Assembly: GCF_001194135.2 (NCBI RefSeq)
Contig: NC_069002.1
Location: 35,778,723-35,823,673, forward strand
Length of the DNA: 44,951 nucleotides
Direction of reading: 5' to 3'
From: Octopus bimaculoides
Taxonomy: Eukaryota
Made by a program: the position numbers and the translations under genes. The notes beneath the pieces were generated by a model. That model saw nothing but the letters and a program-made list of their open reading frames with translations, was not told where the DNA came from and ran no database searches. Below, in pieces: positions 15,401 through 27,584 of the stretch. The number at the start of each line of letters is the position of its first letter. Within the stretch, counting starts at the first letter, position 1.

Positions 15401-16196
15401 AAACACAATATACTATGAGGTATACTAAATATTTTTATAATATAAATATTTTTATGGAGTCTGACGATACACCGTAAGGCCAAACCCCTCATGAACGGGA
15501 AACCCAGGGTAACCCCATAAACCGGCCACCCCCATTATAATATGTGTGTATGTGTATGTGTGTGTGTTTCCATGTATGTATGTATAACATGCATTCATAT
15601 ACACTCATTTATACTCCTACATAAGCACATATATTTGTCTTAATCACTGTTTCTCCAATTCTGGCTCTTCCTGTCCTTCCCATGTTCTACTCCACAATAT
15701 TCTACACATTATAGAATTAATAAGTTACCTTCTTTGGTTTATCATCTATTCCCTCGTATATCAATCCTTCTGGTAGGGAATTTCCTTCCGTACCCCATCT
15801 ATTCTTGTAAGAAATAGAAAATGAGACATAGGCTTTAGGCGTTGGGACTTGACATTTTTACATTTATTTTTACATACGAACATATGTGTTTGTGTGTGGG
15901 CACAGTATGGCCAAATGGATTGTTCCTTCTAATTGGAACCATAGAGTTTTTATCACACGGCTGTATCACAGCAGTTATGCATGAAAATAGCGTTGAGAAT
16001 GCATGTGTGCGTTGGTAGGGATTGCTTGTAAAATATTAAACCTCTTACTGGTTGCTCAAGGGCAAATGAATTTTAGTTGATAGAATAGCTGAATCCTCGT
16101 CGTCAAACAGTGGAGACAAACTACTATGAACAAACATGCATACACACGTACATATGTAGAATATATCGATATACACAAATATATATATCGATATAC

Positions 16197-16231
<35 letters not shown>

Positions 16232-16905
16232 NNNNNNNNNNNNNNNNNNNNNNNNNNNNNNNNNNNNNNNNNNNNNNNNNNNNNNNNNNNNNNNNNNNNN
16301 NNNNNNNNNNNNNNNNNNNNNNNNNNNNNNNNNNNNNNNNNNNNNNNNNNNNNNNNNNNNNNNNNNNNNNNNNNNNNNNNNNNNNNNNNNNNNNNNNNNN
16401 NNNNNNNNNNNNNNNNNNNNNNNNNNNNNNNNNNNNNNNNNNNNNNNNNNNNNNNNNNNNNNNNNNNNNNNNNNNNNNNNNNNNNNNNNNNNNNNNNNNN
16501 NNNNNNNNNNNNNNNNNNNNNNNNNNNNNNNNNNNNNNNNNNNNNNNNNNNNNNNNNNNNNNNNNNNNNNNNNNNNNNNNNNNNNNNNNNNNNNNNNNNN
16601 NNNNNNNNNNNNNNNNNNNNNNNNNNNNNNNNNNNNNNNNNNNNNNNNNNNNNNNNNNNNNNNNNNNNNNNNNNNNNNNNNNNNNNNNNNNNNNNNNNNN
16701 NNNNNNNNNNNNNNNNNNNNTAAGAAAAGTATTTTTAAAAAATAAGGCGCAGATTCGACTATGTGTTAAAAATTTTGCATCCCAACCACATGGTACCGAG
16801 TTCAGTCCCACAGCGTGGTACTGTGGGCAGGTGTCTTCTACAATAGCCTTGGGACGAACAAAGCCTTGTGAGGTGATTTGGTGGACGGAAACTGAAAGAA
16901 GCCCG

Positions 16906-16941
<36 letters not shown>

Positions 16942-17331
16942 ACTGCCACTGCTCGACAACCGCTGTTGGTGTGTTTACGTACTCCTAACTAGCGGTTCGA
17001 CAAGAGAAACCGATAGAATAAGTACCAAACTTTAAAAAAGAATAAATACTGGAGTTGACGTGTTCGAGTAAAATTCTTCAAGGCGGTGCCCCAGCATGGC
17101 CGTAGTGTAAAAGACTAAAACAAGTGAATGTTAAGAGATTTGAATTTGTTAAGGGAAGTAATTCCTGTAGTGGCTTTTTAGAGTTACAACAGAGTTCTCT
17201 CCCTCGATTAAAGAATTACTTCCCCTGTCTGTAAATGCTTTTTATTTCTTATTTTTTGATGTCTTCATTTTTGTGTCCATCTCTCTGTCTCTGTCTCTCC
17301 GTGTCTCTGTCTCTGTCTCTCTCTCTTCCTC

Positions 17332-17362
<31 letters not shown>

Positions 17363-20300
17363 TTCTCACTCTCTCTGTCTCTCTCTCCTTCTCTCTCACA
17401 CTCGCTTTCTCTGTTTTTCCCCCTCTTTCTCTTTTATTTGTTTCACTCTTTGGAATGCTGCCATGCTGGAGCCACTGCCCTGAAGAGTTTAGTCGAAGAG
17501 TTTTGGCGTAGGTGGCAGGTCGCAAATGAGGGTGGACTTTACTGCCTGTCTCAATGATCTACCATGGCATGGATGTTCTGCCCCCAGCAAGCTTAATCTT
17601 CATATACCATTCTTTTTCGGTGGACTCTCGACAGATGTCCACTACAACTGGCAGCAGAACGGGAAAATCCTTAGTCCTGCAGAACGAGATGTGATGTTAA
17701 AAGTGATAAAAGACCCGAACAAGGGGTGGGGATAATTTTGGTATCTTTAGGTCCGTAACTCATCTAAACGCAGATATGAACGTTGAACCCCTTGTCAAAG
17801 ACAGGCACCAACATTATTGACTAAGGTGTTAGCCGATAGGTTAGCATTTGTCATCGATATTTTGATGGGTAACACATAGATATGCGCCATACAGATCTAT
17901 GCACAACAACCTACACCTCAAGCGATACAACATACAAAAGGTGAGTAAAGAAAATGATCAAGGCGACACCCTGGTCACTTTGGATCATTTACTAGCTTTC
18001 GATAAGAGTGACCGTCAATACTTAGCAGCTGGTTTAGGTTCCATCTTCAAAAGTTGGGTCGCTCTACATATAGCCCTTTTGCCATAGCCAGCGAGAAGAG
18101 GAAAATGCCTGCTCTTACTGAAGGTGGTGGATAATATTCATAATGGTGTCTGCTGATAGCCAGATCCACCATAAATGCGATTGTAGCTGTTCAACGTAAT
18201 TCTACAAATCAGTGGCATCTACTCGATCGTCGGAGTATATGGGCCACTTGTCGAAATCGCTCACGCTCATACGTTCGATCAGTGAAAGCTTCCTGCTGCT
18301 ACCCTTTCTTTATATGCAAGTGCTCAAGCCCCTATCACGGAAATTAAAGGTTTCGAATGACATCCTGCATCAACTAAGACGTGGGAAAGGTGTGTCGGCA
18401 TATGCAGACATGCCTGTAATGGTGGTTGGCACTCCGTCGGTTACGACATCGAGGGTTCCAGTTGATCCGATTAACGGAACAGCCTGCTCATGAAGTTAAC
18501 GTGCAAGTGGCTGACCACTCCACAGACACGTTTACCTTTCACGTAGTTCTCGGGGGAGATTCAGCGTGACACAGTTTGACAAGGCTGACCCTTTGAATTA
18601 CAGGCACAACAGAAACAGGAAGTAAGAGTGAGAAAAAGTTGTGGTGGAAGAGTACAGCAGGGTTCGCCACCATCCCCTGTCGGAGCCTCGTGGAACTTTA
18701 GGTGTTTTCTCTCAATAAATACTCACAAAGCCCGCTCTGGGAATCGAAACCGCGATCCTACGACCGCGAGTCCGCTGCCCTAACCACTGGGCCATTGCGC
18801 CTCCACATGCCTCTAATAGCGCCAGACATTAAACACATGGAGGTGATCAGCATTATTCTGAAGGAGTAGAGTACGATGTTACAGGAACAAATATTAACCA
18901 AGAAAAGTCGGTGGACCTGCAACTCGCCACCAGGAGAGACAGATCCATGCTTGTGTCAGCTGCATGGAGAGAGGCGCCTTCCTGTAATATCGGATGATCA
19001 AGAATCTGATGGGTTCTTTGGTTAATCCTGGATAGACTCATCCTTTGAGCGATTTGGCTATAATTTTCCTGTTAATCTTATTGTTTTTGTTGTTAATTTT
19101 ATTGTTTAAATAAGTTTATGTAAATCCCTACTCTACTTTGTATTGCCCTAAATGTTTTGTGAATGAATTCGGTAGACAGAAACTTGTGGAAACCGTCGTG
19201 TAAGTGTATATGTATGTATGTGCTTTAGCCTGTTTGCCTATATCCATTGCTTTCTAGTTTGACAGAGGAATTCACACAGTCGTCCAGTGGGATCTCCAAC
19301 CAAGCCCACGTCACCGGGAGAGCCTTCTTTCCAATCGTCTCTCCAGGATTCCTTCACAATGGAGTGACTGATTTACAAAAGGCGCCAGACTAAATCTATC
19401 ACAGAGGAGCACGAGCCTAAATAACAGCAACAACAACAACAGATCTGTTTTATGTAAGAAGCCTATGTTCCTCAAAATATCGAACGAAATCATTATTTGT
19501 ACATACCGTGCATTCTGCGAAACACTTTCAACATATTTAATATAACGTCGTTAATCTCACGCAAGCAACGATTGAGTTTTGGTGTGTCAGAATCAGAGAC
19601 AGCTTGGATAGCTTCCAAAATAGACTAAAGAAAAGTAAATAATCATCAGTAAAACTTTTACTTTAAGTCGTAAAATAATAAAAATATTTATTCTAGATAT
19701 TTTATGAAAATATAAAACAGTACTAAAAGTATTGCGTTTATGACAAGCGCATTATGTTTATCACAGGGGTATGGCTGTTTGCCAGGTAAATTTTATCATC
19801 AGATCAGAAGCTAATAGTGGAGATGAGATCTAGACGAGATCTAGACGAGATTTAAACGAAAGTTAAGATGGCAATATGGTATAAACGATGAGGTGATGGA
19901 CTGGAAGAATTGATAGAGTTACCGGACAAAGATCCTTTTCGGTATTTACTTGAGTTACCTCTATGTTCTGAGTTTAATTCCTGCTGCTGTCGGCTTTTCT
20001 TTCATCCTTCTAGGGTCGATAAAAAAAGTGCCAAATAAGAATAGAAGTCGAAATGAGCAGCTATAATCCAACCATCAAATTTGAGGACTTCACCCATGTT
20101 TGAAATCAGTATAGTACAAGTGATATAGTTGTAGATTGGAAACATCATTGGGAAATTCAATTGAAGACGAAGCCGACCTTGTTTTCCACTTTTCTTTGGT
20201 CGATAAAATAATTACCAATCAAATACTGGGATTGATTTAATCGATTAATCTTTCCAACAATGCAAAACTTTATGACAAAGTTAGAAGTGGAAATGCTTTA

Positions 20301-21971
20301 ACTTAGAACTGCAACTGTAACTTTTAGTTTTCGAGTGTGTTCTTGCACCGCTTTTTCCATTCATCTTCAAAGATGAAACAAAAATTCTAAATATTGATTT
20401 ACAATTTTGACACAAGGCCAGAAATTACGGGGAGAGGATAAGTCGATTACATCGATTCCAGTGTTCAACCGAATCGGTACTTATGTTATCGACCCTGAAA
20501 TAGTAAAAGCCAAAGTCGACCCCGGTAGAATTTGAACTCAGAACGAAGAGATGAACAAAATGCCAATAAGCATTTTGCCCGGGATGCTAACGACTCTGCC
20601 AACTTACAACCTTAAAATTTTTTTAATATTAGTTTCAAATTTTGGCACAAGGCAAGCAAGTTCGTTGGAGTTAAGTCAATTACATCGATCCAAGTGTTTA
20701 ACTTGTACTCATTTTATCGACCTCGAAAAAATGGAAGGTAAAATTGATCACGGTGGAATTTGAACTTAGAACGTGAAGACAAAATACCGCTAGGCATTTT
20801 GCCCAGTGTACTAACGATTCTGCCAGCTTACCGCCTTATAATTCATAAAATATTCCTTTCTGCTATATGCACAAGGCCTGAAATTTCGGTGAGGGAGAGG
20901 ACTAGTCGACTACATCGACCCTAGTGCTCAACTGGTACTTATTGTGTTGACCCTAGAAAGGATGAAAGGTAAAGTCGACCGCGGCGGAATTTGAACTCAG
21001 AACGTAAAGACAGACGAAATACCGCTAAGCATTTCGCCCTATGTCCTAACGATTCTTATTTCTTTATTTCTGGTGCTGTGGAAGTTCATTTAGTTGAGAG
21101 TGACCTATTGCTGCGAGGTCTTGTGGGCAGGAGCTTCTGATGTAGCCCTTTTGCCCACGTTTGTAGCGTCTTAACATTCGTCCTTCCACCATGACTCGGA
21201 GAGCTGTGCCATCTGGATGTTTTATCAGGTCTAGAATGATTTCTAAGTCTTGTTGGGCGACCTGGATTATAATTTCAAGGCCTTGGCCCCACTAGCTTTG
21301 TAACCCAGCGTGGTTGCAGTCCAATGCTTGAAACGTGTAACAGATAAAAGAAAACTTACGATATGCAAATAACGAATCCTAAACTGAAAACAGCATTAAA
21401 ATGTTGGCTGATACTTAACCTGGATTGCTGCTGCGAATTCAAATTCAATTTGTATTGTGACTGTAAGAAACCATTCGGCATTTTCACCTTCAGTCACATT
21501 GTAAAGACATCGGAGGTTACTGGTTAAAATAGAAGTTATATTTGGGCTTTATATAGATAGACGTACAGACAGACAGACAGACAGAGTGTTGTTGGCACTC
21601 CGTCGGTTACGACGACGAGGGTTCCTTATGATCCGATCAACGGAACAGCCAGCTGGTGAAATTAACGTGCAACTGGCTGAGCATTCCACAGACACATGTA
21701 TCCTTAATGTAGTTCTCGGGGAGATTCAGCGTGACACAGAGTGTGACAAGGCTGACCCTTTGAATTACAGGTACAACAGAAACAGGAACAAAGAGTAAGA
21801 GAAAGCTGTGGTGAAAGAATACAGCAGGGTTCACCACCACCCCCTGCCGGAGCCTCGTAGAACTTTAGGTGTTTTCGCTCAATAAACACTCACAGCGCCC
21901 AGTCTGGGAATCGAAACCGCGATCCTACGACCGCGAGTCCGCAGCCCTAACCACTGGGTCATTGCGTCTCC

Positions 21972-22011
<40 letters not shown>

Positions 22012-24529
22012 GCATAATTACACATAACACACATGCATACATTTAAAAACAGCACACACACAATAATTCACCCCAACACACACACACGCACATAAAATGA
22101 AAAAAAAAGATCTTTGTATGACTGTTAGTTTAATATCAGGTAATTATTTCTAATTAAATTGTTATGCTCTAACAAATAATTATGACGATAAAATAATTAA
22201 TTTCTCTTTCAGGTCAGTTTTGTGTGAAAAACTTAATAATAGGGATTTCACACAAATTGATATTATTCTCCAGAACAAATTAGTTGTTAGTTTAGAATAT
22301 ATTTATAAAACATACTCACTCTAACTCCAGGGGCCTGAAGTGTAAGAAATATCATAAAAACAATATAAAATACTACGCAAAAAAAAAAAAAACAGATTTT
22401 AAAATATATCAAAAATATTTTTTAAATGGATGTAAGAAACGAAACAGCTTTACGAAACTACACTAATCTGACATGTACAGAAATATAAGCTTTTCTGCTA
22501 AAGGCACAAGGTCTGACCTTTTAGAGGAGGTGGTTAAGTTGATCACATCGACACCAGTACTCAACTGGTACTTAATTCATCGACCCCAAAAGAATGAGAA
22601 GCAAAGTCGACCTCGGCAGAATTTGAACTCGGAACGTGGCGACGTGCGAAATACAGCTAAGCATTTCATCCAGCGCGCTAACGATTCTGCCAGCTAGTCG
22701 CCTTATTTACAGTAATATAATACCAGTAATNNNNNNNNNNNNNNNNNNNNNNNNNNNNNNNNNNNNNNNCTGAGTTCAAATTTCGCCGAGGTCGACTTTG
22801 CCTTTTATCATTTCAGGGTCGATAAATTAAGTACCAATTATGCACTGGGGTCGATGTAATCGACTTAATCAGTTTGTCTGTCCTTGTTTGTCCCCTCTGT
22901 GTGTAGCCGTTTGTGGGCAGTAGAGAAATAAGAAACGTTAGCGCGCCGGGCGAAATGCTTAGCGGTATTTCGTCTGCCGTTACGTTCTGAGTTCAAATTT
23001 CGCCGAGGACGACTTTGCCTTTCATCCTTTCGAGGTCGATAAATTAAGTACTAGATGCGTACTGGGGTCGATCTAACCGACTGGCCCCCTCCTCAACAAT
23101 TTCGGGCCTTGTGCCTAGAATAGAAAAGAATATAATACCTGTACGAGTAACACGTATATACTAACACAAGAATAAACGAGAAGAAAGTTGCGATGTCGAA
23201 TAAGGAGTCAGCCTTCTCATTCAACCTCCGTCTTCTTTAATTTATACACACTGGATAAATGTGTGAAACGTTTTATGCAATTTCAAAATCCGTGAACGGA
23301 TTCTGATGATAATTTTCTGGCCGTTTTGGGTTTTGTGAAATCCAGGTTCGTGTGATTTGTACTGATTTCATGGAATTCAAACCGCCGACCCTAATTAAAG
23401 TGACAACGGTTATTTTTGAGTTAAAACTGTTCTAGAGATTTGTAGCAATTGGGGCACATGTCTTTAATATACTTATATATATGGATAAATAGATACATGG
23501 ATGGAGGGACGGACGGACGGACGGACGGACGGACGGACAGACGGACGGATGGATGGATGACTGAATAGATGGACGGTTGAACAGATGGATGGATGGATGG
23601 ATGATTGAACACTTACTTATTCTCATCTTTTTTCCTCCAGTTAATAATTATAACATCGGCATATGTTAGAACAGGCTTCAAATCTAATTCTTCTGATAGT
23701 CTGTACCATGGAATCGCCAACTGTTCCGGAATGCTCTGGAAAAGAAAGAAGAGTTGTATTCTAATGGAAACGATGAATAAAAATCAGTCATCGCAATATT
23801 ATTCCGCATAAAATATTCCTTATGAAGCACTTCTCGTAAATTTTCTCATCATATCAGAAAGTAGTTGGTCCGGATCTTCGTAGATTAATGTATGACGTTT
23901 AGAGACTTATGTGGTGTTTAGTGAAAGGGGCATCATCCAAGATTCCTAATTTAACTTGTCGCCCTGTCTAACCCTAAATCTAACTACTTGGGTTTGTATA
24001 CGATTAGCGAAGCCCACCCAATTGCAAGTATTTGATCAGGCCCCAAAGTACAGCCAGAAATCAATGTAACATGTACATCGTTTTCACAAATAGTTTTAGG
24101 TGTAATAAGTCAAAGAAACCCTGTCGGTAGCCCTCGTCCTTGAACCAACAGAACTTCGAAGACTTGATAATTGAATATAGAAATGGGCTGAAAAAGACAT
24201 GACTAGTACTCACTTTCAACTGAACAGACAGGAACAATTACGTGGGGAATGAAATACAATGTTCAAGAATACAATACCCATCCGATCCAAGAATTGAACC
24301 TACGGCTTCCTGATCGTGAATCAAACACATTAACCACCGGGCCACAAACTAAGGCTGATACTTACAGTACCTAACTTTTCCAAGCAATCGCCGATTTAGG
24401 TAACAACTTTGCCTTTCATTCTTTCGGGGTCGATAAACTAAGTACCAGTGAAACACTGGGGTCGATCTAATCGACTGGCCCCCTCCCCCAAAATTTGAGA
24501 CCTTGTGTCTAGAGTAGAAAAGAATATTT

Positions 24530-24573
<44 letters not shown>

Positions 24574-27134
24574 CTCAGTTGAAGAAGTGTACCGGAAGTG
24601 TTCACCAGTATCAAGACATACTTCCGGTACACTTCAATCAAAAGAGAGAAGACGGGTGGTACGTAATGTAATTCTCGATACATGAACTATTTCACGTTTT
24701 CTCTCGCAGTTTTAACAAGATATATAAATATGTATATACACACACACACACACATCGCTGACCAACACCATTCAATTTTTTTCCTCCGTGTTTTTCTCCT
24801 TGTTTTCTCCGTATTCTTTCTGTTGAAGAGCGTAGATCGAAACGTTAAAGACTTTCTGTATTCCCGAGCGTTAAACTAATACATCCTTTTGTTGTTTACA
24901 CCACCTGTCCTCGTCTGTTGTTTTTTTTTTCGTAAATTCTCCNNNNNNNNNNNNNNNNNNNNNNNNNNNNNNNNNNNNNNNNNNNNNNNNNNNNNNNNNN
25001 NNNNNNNNNNNNNNNNNNNNNNNNNNNNNNNNNNNNNNNNNNNNNNNNNNNNNNNNNNNNNNNNNNNNNNNNNNNNNNNNNNNNNNNNNNNNNNNNNNNN
25101 NNNNNNNNNNNNNNNNNNNNNNNNNNNNNNNNNNNNNNNNNNNNNNNNNNNNNNNNNNNNNNNNNNNNNNNNNNNNNNNNNNNNNNNNNNNNNNNNNNNN
25201 NNNNNNNNNNNNNNNNNNNNNNNNNNNNNNNNNNNNNNNNNNNNNNNNNNNNNNNNNNNNNNNNNNNNNNNNNNNNNNNNNNNNNNNNNNNNNNNNNNNN
25301 NNNNNNNNNNNNNNNNNNNNNNNNNNNNNNNNNNNNNNNNNNNNNNNNNNNNNNNNNNNNNNNNNNNNNNNNNNNNNNNNNNNNNNNNNNNNNNNNNNNN
25401 NNNNNNNNNNNNNNNNNNNNNNNNNNNNNNNNNNNNNNNNNNNNNNNNNNNNNNNNNNNNNNNNNNNNNNNNNNNNNNNNNNNNNNNNNNNNNNNNNNNN
25501 NNNNNNNNNNNNNNNNNNNNNNNNNNNNNNNNNNNNNNNNNNNNNNNNNNNNNNNNNNNNNNNNNNNNNNNNNNNNNNNNNNNNNNNNNNNNNNNNNNNN
25601 NNNNNNNNNNNNNNNNNNNNNNNNNNNNNNNNNNNNNNNNNNNNNNNNNNNNNNNNNNNNNNNNNNNNNNNNNNNNNNNNNNNNNNNNNNNNNNNNNNNN
25701 NNNGAAGAAACAGAAGGATTTTTTTGTCTCTTTCATCGTACACAGAATTTGAGTCAAGCGATTATTCTTTCATTGTTTTTTCGTTTTTTTTTTTATTTTT
25801 TGATATATGGGCAAAGAAAGGCGTCGAGCTGGCAGAACCGTTAGCGTGCCGGGCGAAATCCTTAGTAGCATTTCGTCTGCCGCTACGTTCTGAGTTCAAT
25901 TTCCGCCGAGGTCGACTTTGCCTTTCGTCCTTTCGGGGTCGATAAATTAAGTACCAGTTACGCACTGGGGTCGATGTAATCGACTTAATCCATTTATCTG
26001 CCCTTGTTTGTCTCCTCTATGTTTAGCCCCTTGTGGGTTATCATGCATTATCTGATAGCTCTGAAATTTCGATGATGTGATTACTTAGAATGACATTGTA
26101 GGGTAGGTGTAAAGACCAAATCTGGCCAGTTTGAACATAAAGCATGGAGAATATCTTGGCCGGATATGGTTGGTTTAAATGCTACAGGGTTAAGAACAGC
26201 AACAATAACAACATCGGTAACAACAACAACAAAACTAAGCATTAAGTACAATTGCTATATTTTTACGTACGTTGTTAACTTTATTCCGAAGTTTTTTGGT
26301 TTCAACAAGTTTCGGCATGTTTTTCGCCAACTCATTCCACGTTTCAAAGTAACTTGGTAGTTTCTCCTGCAAAAATGAAACAGAAATTTCCAACAGAGCA
26401 CCACAAAGTTTGTAAGATGAATGCGACCGTGTATATCGCTCGTACTACGTGCCAGATATTCAGGAAAGTTGGACGGTAATATTGGTTCCTGCTCCGATTC
26501 TTTGACTGACAAATTACTTAACGAGCCCAGAAGGATAAATGCTAAAATTCAAACCCCGATCTGAGTTGAACTGTTACTTAACTGGAAAAATATTTTGTCG
26601 ACCCCCTGAAGGGCGAAAGACAACATTAGATAGACAGACAGACGGACAGACGGACGAATGGGTAGATTAAAAGCTAGCACACCAAGAATGCACACGTAAC
26701 TACATTTCCTTATTAAGATATTGCGTAATGAAATCGGTTCATTCTTTTTGAATAACCTTGTATATCTATAGTTACTGTTGTATGTTAATCAAAATGCATA
26801 ATTAAAATTGGGAATTGTGGAAATATTATTTGTAGAGTTATTATAGAACAAAGCAGGAAAATAGAAGTTTTTTGGGGTTTTTTTTGGTATTATTTATTCT
26901 CCATTACACATGTTTCATTTGCGAATAGGAATTACAAAGATTTACATATTATATAGACATGTGAGCAATTTCCTGTTAGAAATACTTCAGTCAAATATGA
27001 AATTCCTTACATGTCTGTATAACATGTAAATATTTGTAATTCCTTTTAGAAAATGAAACATGTATAATGGAGAGTAAATAATATCAAAAAATGTCCATAT
27101 TTCCCGTTTTGTTATATAAATAAATGGATAGAAG

Positions 27135-27175
<41 letters not shown>

Positions 27176-27528
27176 NNNNNNNNNNNNNNNNNNNNNNNNN
27201 NNNNNNNNNNNNNNNNNNNNNNNNNNNNNNNNNNNNNNNNNNNNNNNNNNNNNNNNNNNNNNNNNNNNNNNNNNNTATATACTGTATATAAGACGCAGGA
27301 GTAACTGTGTGGTAAGAATTTGTTTTCCAACCACATGGTTCCGGGTTCAGTCATTTGACTGCATGGCGGCAATCAAATGACTGAAACAAGTAAAAGAATA
27401 AAAGAATATATATATATATATACATACATATGTTGCTAATGGCCGACTATGGATGAGTTAATTACATTCTAAGAGGAACCACAGAGACTCCTGGAAGGAC
27501 CCTGACATCTTAGTGATTGGTACATATA

Positions 27529-27584
<56 letters not shown>

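Noticed and set aside
17153-17224. 12-bp inverted repeat GGGAAGTAATTC / GAATTACTTCCC
   Set aside because: Short and isolated; probably a tiny repeat remnant with no supportable function.
18733-18804. tRNA gene (also 21900-21972 and 37321-37390)
   Set aside because: tRNA-like SINE heads continuing into SINE bodies with TSDs; no complete cloverleaf.
24207-24230. Possible 6-nt micro-exon cag|TTGAAA|gtgagt on minus strand
   Set aside because: Lies in a degenerate SINE and cannot account for the missing ~40 aa.
26367-26512. ORF start [10 protein letters not shown]... as IDO exon 1
   Set aside because: No IDO similarity; different frame from exon 2; a better exon 1 exists at 28829-28912.
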